A stretch of DNA of 64,000 bases from assembly GCA_950097015.1 (NCBI GenBank), contig CATNEN010000015.1:558001-622000 (forward strand), in the 5' to 3' direction. Shown here in pieces: positions 12,536 through 23,581 of the stretch. A program made the translations under genes and the position numbers. Positions within the stretch are counted from its first letter, which is position 1. Each line of letters starts with the position of its first letter. The notes under the pieces are model-generated. The model searched no databases, was not told where the DNA came from, and saw nothing but the letters and a program-made list of their open reading frames with translations. Origin of the DNA: Macrostomum hystrix (taxonomy: Eukaryota > Animalia > Platyhelminthes).

Positions 12536-14075
12536 TGGAAGATGAGACACGGGAGAGATGAGACACGGGATAGATGAGACACGGAAGAGATGAGACACGG
12601 GAGAGATGAGACACGGGAGAGATGAGACACGGGATAGATGAGACACGGGATAGATGAGACACGGAAGAGATGAGACACGGGAGAGATGAGACACGGGAGA
12701 GATGAGACACGGGAGAGATGAGACACGGGATAGATGAGACACGGGATAGATGAGACACGGAAGAGATGAGACACGGGAGAGATGAGACACGGGAGAGATG
12801 AGACACGGGATAGATGAGACACGGAAGAGATGAGACACGAGATAGATGTGCACTGGAGAGATGAGACACGGAAGAGATGAGACACGGGATAGATGTACAC
12901 GGGAGGGATGAGACACGGAAGAGATCCGACACGGGAGAGATAAGACACGGGAGAAATGAGACGCGGAAGAGATGAGACACGGGAGAGATGAGACACGGGA
13001 GAGATGAGACACGGGATAGATGAGACACGGAAGAGATGAGACACGAGATAGATGTGCACTGGAGAGATGAGACACGGAAGAGATGAGACACGGGATAGAT
13101 GTACACGGGAGGGATGAGACACGGAAGAGATCCGACACGGGAGAGATAAGACACGGGAGAAATGAGACGCGGAAGAGATGAGACACGGGAGAGATGAGAT
13201 ACGGAAGAGATAAGACACGGGAGAGATGAGACACGGGAGAGATGAGACACGGGATAGATGAGACACGGAAGAGATGAGACACGGGAGAGATGAGAAACGG
13301 GAGAGATGAGACACGGGATAGATGAGACACGGAAGAGATGAGACACGAGATAGATGTGCACTGGAGAGATGAGACACGGAAGAGATGAGACACGGGATAG
13401 ATGTACACGGGAGGGATGAGACACGGAAGAGATCCGACACGGGAGAGATAAGACACGGGAGAAATGAGACGCGGAAGAGATGAGACACGGGAGAGATGAG
13501 ATACGGAAGAGATAAGACACGGGAGAGATGAGACACGGGAGAGATGAGACACGGGATAGATGAGACACGGAAGAGATGAGACACGGGAGAGATGAGAAAC
13601 GGGAGAGATGAGACACGGGATAGATGAGACACGGAAGAGATGAGACACGAGATAGATGTGCACGGGAGAGATGAGACACGGAAGAGATGAGACACGGGAT
13701 AGATGTACACGGGAGGGATGAGACACGGAAGAGATCCGACACGGGAGAGATAAGACACGGGAGAAATGAGACGCGGAAGAGATGAGACACGGGAGAGATG
13801 AGATACGGAAGAGATGAGACACGGGAGAGATGAGACACGGGAGAGATGAGACACGGGATAGATGAGACACGGAAGAGATGAGACACGGGAGAGATGAGAC
13901 ACGGGAGAGATGAGACACGGGAGAGATGAGACACGGGATAGATGAGACACGGAAGAGATGAGACACGGGAGAGATGAGACACGGGAGAGATGAGACACGG
14001 GAGAGATGAGACACGGGATAGATGAGACACGGAAGAGATGAGACACGGGATAGATGTGCACGGGAGAGATGGGAC
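12536..14075. repeat. Minisatellite, 16-bp purine-rich unit GAGATGAGACACGGGA with higher-order blocks
   Basis: Tandem copies; variant block GATAGATGTGCAC recurs at 12841, 13047, 13349 and 13651. Confidence 0.96.
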
Positions 14076-14156
14076 GTAGAAGACGTGAGACGGGAAAGAG
14101 AAAACAGGATACTATTTGTGTCGGTAGGAGCAACGGGCCCGATTTAGGAGCTGTGA

Positions 14157-14194
14157 GGGCCGCATCTGGCCGCGGGCCGGATTTTGAAACACTG
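14157..14194. mobile_element. Possible end of a hAT/Charlie-like non-autonomous element
   Basis: GGGCCGCATCTGGCCGCGGGCCGGATTTTGAAACACTG resembles Charlie-type subterminal and terminal sequence; partner end not found. Confidence 0.3.
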
Positions 14195-14347
14195 GAACTT
14201 TAAAACGGGTACCGCACATGATACGGGGTATGAATTTGGGTGGGTGCGTTGGAGTCCCCAGACCATGGACTGAACAACTGTGGACAGCTGTTTTTCAACA
14301 TGTAAATTGTACGTACATTTAGCTCGAAAAATGTGCCCAACCAACAG

Positions 14348-15486
14348 CGGACCTGTTGGCTAGCTGCGGCAGCGTCATCAATGCCACGGAATGCGGCCTT
14401 GTTACCGCGCAGGGCTTCACAAAGCCGGGCCTCCCTGCCGACTGCGAGCTCACTCTGAGGCTGTCCACGGGGCCCAACCGCATCGCCGTGCTGTGCATCG
14501 AGAGCGCGCTGGTGCGAAATCCGCACATCTTCACCAGGCACTGCGAGAGCTACTTCCAGCTGATGCTGATGCAGAACGGTACGGGCAGCCTTGTAGCATT
14601 AGCCGCCTAGGGATAAAATTCCTTCCAAATGAAAGCAAAGTAGCCAAGATGCTGAATCGTTTGAACATCCCAAGGGTCAGGCTTGGCTTCCCCTGAGCCA
14701 CTGAGCCGGGAAATCTGCTCGCACGAGCTGGACCAGCAGGTGTTCTACGTCACCGACGGTACCGTGAAGCTGCTGCTGCACTCGACGGGATCCCGCTACG
14801 CTCGCCTGAGCATGACCTACACCAGCCTGAGAGAAGGTGTGAAAAAGCACTGTTTTGTCTGCGGGTGGCAAAACGTGTAAAATTAGTTCCCCCCCGACCA
14901 TGACAGGCGCAAGCTGCAGCGGATCGGCTGACTTCAGCTGCAAGGCCTCGGGTCGCTGCGTGCCGTCCAAGCTGATCTGCGATGGACACAACAACTGCGG
15001 CGACAACAGCGACGAGAGCCTGGCCGGAGATTGTCTGGGTGAGTGTCAGGGAACCTTGCTCCGGGTCATTGCTACTCGTACTATTAGTATTGGTATCAGA
15101 GCAATGGTATCTGTCCTTGTCACAAATGGTGGACTTTCACGAAAATCGGTCATTCGGGGAAGTAGGCAGTGCCGTGGTCTTTATCCAACTCTGATGACCA
15201 ACTCTTCTCTCCGCTGCGGATTCGAGCTCGAGGACGCAGTTGCGTGAGTCGGATTCTTTGCCGCTGCGCAAATCAACCCCGATTGTTGACTGACTAAAAC
15301 AAACTTTTGAATTAATGAGATCCTGCTCTCCCGTTGTCCCCAGTGCTCACCTACTATCACGTGAGTCCGCTGGTGTCCACCATCTGCGCCCTGACTGTGC
15401 TAGTGACCGTCGCCTTCGCCGTGTTCTACTGCCGCAGCCCGCGAGAGCCGCTCTGGTACCGACTGCGGCACGGCCAGAGCAGCTGA
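14348..15486 (+). CDS. CUB plus LDL-receptor class A single-pass membrane protein (5'-partial)
   Basis: Exons 14348-14578, 14681-14836, 14907-15038 and 15344-15486, all phase 1 GT-AG. CUB-like SCGSVINATECGLVTAQGF..CELTL; LDLa CSGSADFSCKASGRCVPSKLICDGHNNCGDNSDE; TM STICALTVLVTVAFAVFYC; short tail. Confidence 0.8.
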
Positions 15487-16038
15487 AAGCCATATTCGCA
15501 CACAGCCTCATTGTGAATTAACTGAGGCGCTCGCTTTTCGCTTCATTGAATGCGGACAGCCACTTTATCTGAGTTTTTTTTACTTTTTTTAACTTGTATT
15601 TTTCAACCTATTTTAAATAGCAAAGTTTTTCTCTCTACTGCAAGTAGCAGGCACGCTACTTGATACAAATAGTTTTTTGAGGTAACAAGGTTACCATGGC
15701 GACACTACGTACTCCACGTCTCATCCCCAGGGGCAGCCTCCCCTCCGGCTGTTCCGATGCGCTTCCAAAAGATCAGGCAAGCAGTAAAAATTGCATCCCA
15801 GCTAAATCCTTTGAGCAATTTACTCAAACTCTTTTATGTGAGACTGTTAGCTTTTTTAGGGAAAAATTGCTTTTCTAAATCTGTTTGAATTTCAGCTGAT
15901 GAAGAGCTCACTGAGAGCTCATTGAGTGCAATTTTGTTTGTAAGAAAACGTGCATAAGCTTTCTTAAAGAAAATGTGCTTAACAGCTGTTCGAAAAAATT
16001 AGAAGAACTTTTTCTCACACTGTGCGGCCTAGTATTGC

Positions 16039-16453
16039 GCTCATCACCCTCAGCTCATCACCCTCAGCTCATCACCCTCAGCTCATCACCCTCAGCTCAT
16101 CACCCTCAGCTCACCACCCTCAGCTCATCACTCTGAGCTCATCACCCTCAGCTCATCACCCTCAGCTCATCACCCTCAGCTCACCACCCTCAGCTCACCA
16201 CCCTCAGCTCATCACCCTCAGCTCATCACCCTCAGCTCACCACCCTCAGCTCACCACCCTCAGCTCATCACCCTCAGCTCATCACCCTCAGCTCACCACC
16301 CTCAGCTCACCATCCTCAGCTCATCACCCTCAGCTCATCACCCTCAGCTCATCACCCTCAGCTCATCACCCTCAGCTTACCACCCTCAGCTCATCAACCT
16401 CAGCTCACCACCCTCAGCTCACCACCCTCAGCTCATCACCCTCAGCTCATCAC
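16039..16453. repeat. Minisatellite, 14-bp unit CTCAGCTCATCACC
   Basis: About 29 tandem copies. Confidence 0.96.
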
Positions 16454-16617
16454 CCACACCTCTATCGCTTCAACTTCGCCCACAATCCATATGAAGTGGT
16501 GCGCTGTTTCATAGCGCTTCAGTTTCAGCTTCTGTTACAATGTTCCAAACACGCCAGTTTATCATTCACTTCGTCCAGAGTCGCAGAGTCAATGAATCCA
16601 GTCTGAGCACAGCGGAA

Positions 16618-17643
16618 CTACACGTCGAGCAACTGGAAGAATTGTCGCATTTCCGCCTCAGTCATGCTGGCATTGGCGAAGGCCAGGGCTTTGAGTGTTC
16701 CGTTGAACAATGCTCTCGGATTGGCAAACCGCATTCCAAAGTACATGCACATGCTGTTCGTCTGATAGCTAGAGTCAGTCACTGTAGAAGTACTTGTCGG
16801 AGGAACGAAGGCATCTTTCAAGAAGACGCTGACAAAGTTTCCAAGTGCAGTGCTGGTGAAGCCAATGTTCAGCCAGTCGGTGGCAGCAGCGGTTACAATG
16901 TTTTCCAGCAGGTAAATGATGGGCAGCATGGTTCCCGTGGCGAGGTTCCGCCGAAACTCCATCTTGGCCGAGGTGCCAACTTCCCACAGGTGGATCGCCA
17001 GAGATGTGCCGAGAGAAGTGCCCAGAGTGTTGCAGTCATTGAACTCAAAGTAGGGCTGTTCCCGCGGCTGCCGTTTGAGCCGCAGCAGCCAGGTGAGCCC
17101 ACCGGTGAATCCAATGCTCGTCTTGTTCAATACGGCGTAGGCGGCGATGCCATCGAAGGTGGCTCCTTCGTCGCTCCACTGGACACCCACCGGCAGGAGA
17201 CGGTTCGTGTCCTCGGTGGCCTGGCACACCAGGTTCTCCAGCCGGTTCACATCATCAGCTAGCCAGACATTGTTCAGCTTCGGGTTCAGCCTATTGTGAT
17301 CGAGTGGGAAGCGAAAGAATACAGTGCATCCGGGCAACTGTCCCGGAACCAGGCTGCGGCAGATTACTTGAAAGTTGAAGACAGTGCAGCGTCCGTCGAG
17401 CTGACTAAACTGAGCCACCAGAGCTCCCATGGGAACCCTCTCCGAGACCTTCATGGCGCACTGGGTTTCAGTAATAGCGATGAGCTGTTCGATGGCGGAA
17501 GGCGAGTCCTGCGATACGCATCGAACATCCGCGAGCCTCCAGGTGTACGCGGAGCCCAGGTGTATCAGCGTTGCCAGGAGCAAGCCGAGAGAGCTCAGAG
17601 TTGACATAGTAAAGTATGGATTCATTTGAACTCGCTGCATCAC
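16618..17643 (-). CDS. Intronless secreted protein: signal peptide, degenerate PAN/apple-like domain, concanavalin/LamG-like domain
   Basis: 341-aa non-repetitive ORF. Hydrophobic leader MSTLSSLGLLLATLIHLGSA; PAN-like C..TETQCAM..AQF....RCTVF; LamG-like ATFDG..AYAVL, GLTWLLRLK, MCMYFG and FNGTLKALAF. Domain names are inferred from pattern only. Confidence 0.65.
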   Translation of the reverse strand: MMQRVQMNPYFTMSTLSSLGLLLATLIHLGSAYTWRLADVRCVSQDSPSAIEQLIAITETQCAMKVSERVPMGALVAQFSQLDGRCTVFNFQVICRSLVPGQLPGCTVFFRFPLDHNRLNPKLNNVWLADDVNRLENLVCQATEDTNRLLPVGVQWSDEGATFDGIAAYAVLNKTSIGFTGGLTWLLRLKRQPREQPYFEFNDCNTLGTSLGTSLAIHLWEVGTSAKMEFRRNLATGTMLPIIYLLENIVTAAATDWLNIGFTSTALGNFVSVFLKDAFVPPTSTSTVTDSSYQTNSMCMYFGMRFANPRALFNGTLKALAFANASMTEAEMRQFFQLLDV

Positions 17644-18299
17644 AGCTGAGCAGGAGAGGCTTAAAATTAATTTCTGCGTTTCAGTAGAGAATGAATTCTA
17701 GGCTGCACCGGCTTTTAACTTCGCATCGACGCAGGCATTGGTCGCATCGGCCTCTTGCAAGCGCTGGGCGATAAGCTGAATTATTGATGCTGCTGGACCT
17801 GTTGAGAGAGGGAATATTCAACGGTCCACAATAAGCCTTTTTTCAAACGCAAATTGGAAAATTATAATCAGCGATTCAGCTACAACAGGTTAAGCTTAGC
17901 AAATGTCCTGTATAGAAGACGCAGGATTTTGCTTTGCTCCAAATGTGTGAGGAGGCGGTGGAAGCCCCGCCACACTCACTAGAGCTGCAGCCAGTGTAAG
18001 AAGCATTTTAGACATTAGGGACAAAAGTTTTTTGTCCCTAAAACGCCATCGGGAGCTGACCCCACGGCACTACAGAGCTGGTTCCAGAAAACATTGCTAG
18101 TTCCTGACATCATATGTTAACAAGGAGCTCGGCAGCTGGATCAATCAACCGTTGGCTAGAAAGAGAAATAATATGCTGATCCAAAAATACAGAATAAGGA
18201 TGAGTGTCTTAAAGTAATTTTGCTTTTTCACGAGCAGCAGACAGCCAGTCCTCTTATATTTGGAACCTGAGTCCCGTGAACTAGGCTGTGCTGCTGGTG

Positions 18300-19694
18300 C
18301 TGCTGCTGCTGGTATCCGTGAACTAGGCTGTTTTCGAAGCTTCAATTCGCTAGGTGCTGCTGGTATCCGTGAACTAGGCTGTTTTCGAAGCTTCAATTCG
18401 CTAGGTGCTACTGGTATCCGTGAACTAGGCTGTTTTCGAAGCTTCAATTCGCTAGGTGCTACTGGTATCCGTGAACTAGGCTGTTTTCGAAGCTTCAATT
18501 CGCTAGGTGCTACTGGTATCCGTGAACTAGGCTGTTTTCGAAGCTTCAATTCGCTAGGTGCTACTGGTATCCGTGAACTAGGCTGTTTTCGAAGCTTCAA
18601 TTCGCTAGGTGCTGCTGGTATCCGTGAACTAGGCTGTTTTCGAAGCTTCGATTCGCTAGGTGCTGCTGGTATCCGTGAACTAGGCTGTTTTCGAAGCTTC
18701 GATTCGCTAGGTGCTGCTGGTATCCGTGAACTAGGCTGTTTTCGAAGCTTCGATTCGCTAGGTGCTACTGGTATCCGTGAACTAGGCTGTTTTCGAAGCT
18801 TCAATTCGCTAGGTGCTACTGGTATCCGTGAACTAGTCTGTTTTCGAAGCTTCAATTCGCTAGGTGCTACTGGTATCCGTGAACTAGGCTGTTTTCGAAG
18901 CTTCAATTCGCTAGGTGCTACTGGTATCCGTGAACTAGTCTGTTTTCGAAGCTTCAATTCGCTAGGTGCTACTGGTATCCGTGAACTAGTCTGTTTTCGA
19001 AGCTTCAATTCGCTAGGTGCTACTGGTATCCGTGAACTAGTCTGTTTTCGAAGCTTCAATTCGCTAGGTGCTACTGGTATCCGTGAACTAGTCTGTTTTC
19101 GAAGCTTCAATTCGCTAGGTGCTACTGGTATCCGTGAACTAGTCTGTTTTCGAAGCTTCAATTCGCTAGGTGCTACTGGTATCCGTGAACTAGTCTGTTT
19201 TCGAAGCTTCAATTCGCTAGGTGCTGCTGGTATCCGTGAACTAGGCTGTTTTCGAAGCTTCAATTCGCTAGGTGCTGCTGGTATCCATGAACTAGGCTGT
19301 TTTCGAAGCTTCGATTCGCTAGGTGTTGCTGGTATCCGTGAACTAGGCTGTTTTCGAAGCTTCAATTCGCTAGGTGCTGCTGGTATCCGTGAACTAGGCT
19401 GTTTTCGAAGCTTCGATTCGCTAGGTGCTGCTGGTATCCGTGAACTAGGCTGTTTTCGAAGCTTCAATTCGCTAGGTGCTGCTGGTATCCGTGAACTAGG
19501 CTGTTTTCGAAGCTTCGATTCGCTAGGTTCTGCTGGTATCCGTGAACTAGGCTGTTTTCGAAGCTTCGATTCGCTAGGTGCTGCTGGTATCCGTGAACTA
19601 GGCTGTTTTCGAAGCTTCGATTCGCTAGGTTCTGCTGGTATCCATGAACTAGGCTGTTTTCGAAGCTTCGATTCGCTAGGTTCTGCTGGTATCC
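18300..19694. repeat. Minisatellite, 51-bp unit GGTATCCGTGAACTAGGCTGTTTTCGAAGCTTCAATTCGCTAGGTGCTGCT
   Basis: About 27 tandem copies; open reading frames on both strands. Confidence 0.96.
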
Positions 19695-20480
19695 TTCAGT
19701 TAATTCTCGGGCCAGGTGGCATGCCTGCAGGTGGTTACAGTGCATTGGCTGCTCTCGTTCTGGGCTGCGCGATCTCCTCGACGCTCGGCAGGCAGCTTCA
19801 GCTGAGAAGTTTTGGCTGGACTGCCGGCTTTTAACTTCACGAGGATCGGCCGTTTCGCCCTGAGCCAAGGAACGGTGGAATTCTATCGGACTGAAGCGAA
19901 CGTCAAGAGCAGCGAAATGTCCCACGAGCTCTGCGCCAGCATTTTCTCTCGGTGACTTCTAGTACATGGGCCTGTAGAACTCGGAGTAGTGCCTCAACTC
20001 ATACGGCTCGATGAGAAGCGCCCCAATCACTGACTCTTCAGGGCTCTGAGTGGGAAATGCCGTGCGGCATATAGCTGGACCACAAAGCTATGCATGCTAT
20101 AGCATGCATAGCTTTGTGGTCCAGCTGACATAAAGTTTGTTCCTGCTTTTAACACTGCGAAATTTTAGTTAGCGTCTCTGTGGCAGCCACCTGACACTCC
20201 TCTGCCCTTGCCATGCCACCCAGTCAATCCGGTTCTCCTGCAGGGCTGCTTTTAGTTTAGCTCGTAGTTTACTGATTGGGTTGGTGCTCTTACCAACCAA
20301 TCAGCGGCGACGCAGACGCAGACGCAGACGCTTTACGCTGGTCAGATTGGCCCGAGTTTCTCTCTCTGTGCCGCACCTCTCTCCACGGCAAACTCCGGAG
20401 AGTCCCGAATTCGAACCATTCGAAATGTAAGGCTGCCAATGCCCGTCATCAATGTTGAATCTAAATTGCCACTATTCAGC

Positions 20481-20640
20481 CAACTGGTTTATCCGTGAAA
20501 ACCGCAACCTGGTTGGCATCAACAACGCGGATGCGCCAGGCTTCAACAACACCCGAGCTTCTGGACGCATCGAGTGCGCGAGCTTGTGCTGCATCGGCTG
20601 CCAGGCGACTGTGTTCAACAGTCAGCAGGGTTTTCATCTT
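20481..20640 (+). pseudogene. PAN/apple-domain exon, copy 1, running into a 22-bp array (truncated or spliced)
   Basis: NRNLVGINNADAPGFNNTRASGRIECASLCCIGCQATVFNSQQG is paralogous to the 23.2-23.4 kb copy; the final PAN cysteine is absent. Confidence 0.5.
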
Positions 20641-20646
20641 ACTGAT

Positions 20647-20810
20647 CTCACTGACTATCTCTCAGCATCTCACTGACTATCTCTCAGCATCTCACTGACT
20701 ATCTCTCAGCATCTCACTGACTATCTCTCAGCATCTCACTGACTATCTCTCAGCATCTCACTGACTATCTCTCAGCATCTCCCTGACTATCTCTCAGCAT
20801 CTCACTGACT
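20647..20810. repeat. Minisatellite, 22-bp unit CTCACTGACTATCTCTCAGCAT
   Basis: About 7 near-perfect copies. Confidence 0.95.
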
Positions 20811-21889
20811 GAATCACATGCGTTTGAAGTTTGAACAAAAACGTATTCAGCTTAGTGTCCAACATAAAACTCCCGCCGATTAATCTCCCAACAGCTGGGT
20901 TCGGCTGTACGGCAGGCTAGTCTGGCTGGGCAGCAACGAAGTGTCTCGGCACTAAGGTGCTGCCAGTGAACGCTAACCAGTTGGTTCACATCTTCAATGA
21001 ACCGAGGCACAAGTTTAATGACAAAATGACTCTTGGTGCAGTAGCTGCAGTGGAAGTCATCATGGTTGATCCAGGGACTGCGGCGGCGAGTCGTATTGTA
21101 AAAATGACCCTAACGACAGGTAAAATTCTTTACATCGCATATCGATTGATCAATGGAGAGGCCTTTAGGATCGGTACAGCCTACATTGCTGAGAAACTCG
21201 CGGAAGAGATCGAGAAACACTGCTAGACTTCATGAACTCAAATGTACTAGCTCAGAGACAAGCTTCCCAGATTTTCGGCGCAAACGACTCCATTGATCAG
21301 CGCTCACTGGCATGCCATTGCATGTTTTATTCAGTTTTTGTTTCCTCCCGGTAATATGTAAAAAGCTCAGAGACAATTCGCTAGTGAACATTTCTCCAAG
21401 CTTAATTTTAACAATGGTTCTCATGGTGTATGAAGTATGTCGTTCGTATCGATCGTAAGTTTATCGTTTTCTGTTATCTATAAAATCGCTCGTACAGCTA
21501 CGAGTCCGCCACATATACTTCCTGACTGAGTAATTTCTAGTCCTGAAACTGTGATTTCTTTTGTTTGGATCGTTTACAACGATACGTTTAATCTAAAGAC
21601 AAATTAAGGTTTTCAACAGTATGGTTTAATATTTGGTCCTAGCAATGTTAAGTTGGTGCGCTTCTAGCCTGGGCCGCTCTGGTTATTACCAGGAGCTCTT
21701 CATGCGTGGGGCTGGTTAGCAACGAGCAGGTTTATGGGGCCTAGACGAAAATAGATTTCTTGGGGTCGGAGCCAAAGCAGGTTTGTATATAATCAACGTT
21801 ATTTGAGTATGTTGCCCTGCAAGGCAACTCTTAATATCAGTGTGGGTTCCTAAGTCCCATTCATGAAGCCTAAGTGTTTTTTGGTTGTC

Positions 21890-22240
21890 AGCGGCATGCG
21901 GTTGAATGCGGCATGAACCAGAGCCGCATGCGCTGCGTCGAGCTTGAGCGCCCTGGTCAGCATCCAGGTCTCGACAACCACATGGAACAGCTGGTGTCTG
22001 GCGCTGTCCGACAGAGTCACGGAGAGCAGCACCACCATAAAATATCGAAAGCCGGCCCAGGGCTTGGCGCGCCGTTTCGCCAAGTCGCCTGCACTATAGC
22101 CCGCCGAGGTAGACGAGCTGATGACAACACTTCAGGAGCATCGTCTCGGGGCCAACGCTGTCGAAGTCGGATCTCGGCGGGTAGATCGAGCGGCACCGTC
22201 AGCACCTCGGTCTTTTTGGCGTTGATGACGACCGCGATAA
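21890..22240 (-). mobile_element. Degenerate RTE-like LINE remnant (RT C-terminal region)
   Basis: Across frameshifts it reads VINAKKTEVL..QLVYLGG, then WAGFR..LFHVVVETWMLTRALKLDAAHAALVHAAF, resembling the post-RT region of RTE-type elements. Confidence 0.55.
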
Positions 22241-23231
22241 GGGACTAAGGAAGTTCTGAAGCTGGACATTTGCCTAAAGGACAATTTTAACCTAACTTCA
22301 TTGATGAAGTGATGGTTTCGATCCTACGGTACAGAAAAGGTGAGTGAGTTTTTAAACCTCTCTACTACTATTTGCTGTAACTATTTACTAAGTTAGTATC
22401 AAAATGTTATTCACCTCTTTACAAGCTATTCATGCAAGATCAATATTGAATTGTTTATTCCCAAATTACCATGGCGACAAATTACCACCGACCGTCACAT
22501 CCGAACTGGCAGCGTCGCCACTGGCCTTTAATTGCCATTTCTAATAATTTCTCTTTATTTTACGGCGAGATTCAAGGGAGACAGAAAAACAATTGCTTCG
22601 ATTTGTTACAGCATCCCAGAATATCTCTTTTAGAACAATGAGGGACTGCTTGAAATTTATTTAAGAACAACTCGGCTCTTTTCAAATGGTTTTAGATGTC
22701 AGTTGACAGCCCATGACCAGCCGTGTATTCTTGTTAATTCCAAAATGCCTAAGACGCATAGCTTAGCGGTTGCGGCAGAGAAGAGGCAAGGCAGATGTTC
22801 TTCAAATGTAAAGCATAACCACTTTTACTTCACAGCGCGGCGAAGTGTTGCGCTCAAACAATCAGCCAAATTTTAGTTGCTAAGGAGGAAGAAAAGAAGA
22901 AATCCTAACTCAACAGCCTAGCAACACACTGAGTCAACTTCTCGATTTCATTTGGCAGAATCTCACCCTTGTCGACCGAATCTCACCCTTGTCGACCGAA
23001 TCTCACCCTTTATCGGCAGAATCTCGGCCAGTATGAGATTGTTCCATGTTGTTGCACAAACTTTTCTATGACGCCCTGCAACAAGGAACGGTGGCATTCT
23101 ATTGCACTGAAACCAATGTCAAGAGCGTCGAAATGACTCTCCAGCTGTGCTCCCACGGCGGCTTCCAGTAAAAAGCCTGCCCGACCTGAAGATCAATGAG
23201 GTCAGTGTTAAATCCATCTTGTTCTTCCTCA

Positions 23232-23455
23232 GCCAACTTGTCCTTGGAAACCGCAACCTGGTCGTCATCAACAACCCGGATGCGCCGGCCTTCAGTACCA
23301 CCAGAGCTTCTAGACGCATCGAGTGCGTGAGCTTGTGCCGCAAAAGCTGCCAGGCGATTGTGTTCAACAGTCAGCAAGGCCTGTGCCACCTGCTGGAATA
23401 TGCCGTGCTGCCCACCGCCCTGAACAGCTCCTTCGAGTACTTTGTCCGTGGCTGA
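23232..23455 (+). CDS. PAN/apple-domain exon, copy 2 (start exon not identified)
   Basis: Acceptor TTCTTCCTCAG before 23232; TRASRRIECVSLCRKSCQAIVFNSQQGLCHL has the PAN pattern C-xx-LC-xx-C-x-A-xx-F-x5-C-x-L; stop at 23455. Confidence 0.55.
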
Positions 23456-23581
23456 TCCCGTCTTAGCCAAATCAGTCAGTTCAATCCCACATTGCAGTCA
23501 ATTCAAGCCGGCTGTCATCGACATAGGTGTATTTCAACAACTAAGTTGTGCAGGCTTAGCCTTGAATGACAGTAATCTGCA

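Noticed and set aside
12453-14133. Three 500+ aa ORFs (SHLSRVSSLPCLISPV repeats)
   Set aside because: Read-through of a 16-bp array whose unit is not a multiple of 3; all three frames give the same cycling peptide.
20957-21226. 89-aa ORF
   Set aside because: GTG start, no recognisable domain or convincing splice context.
22958-23025. 21-bp unit GAATCTCACCCTTGTCGACCG repeated about three times
   Set aside because: Short tandem duplication adding nothing beyond the general minisatellite pattern.
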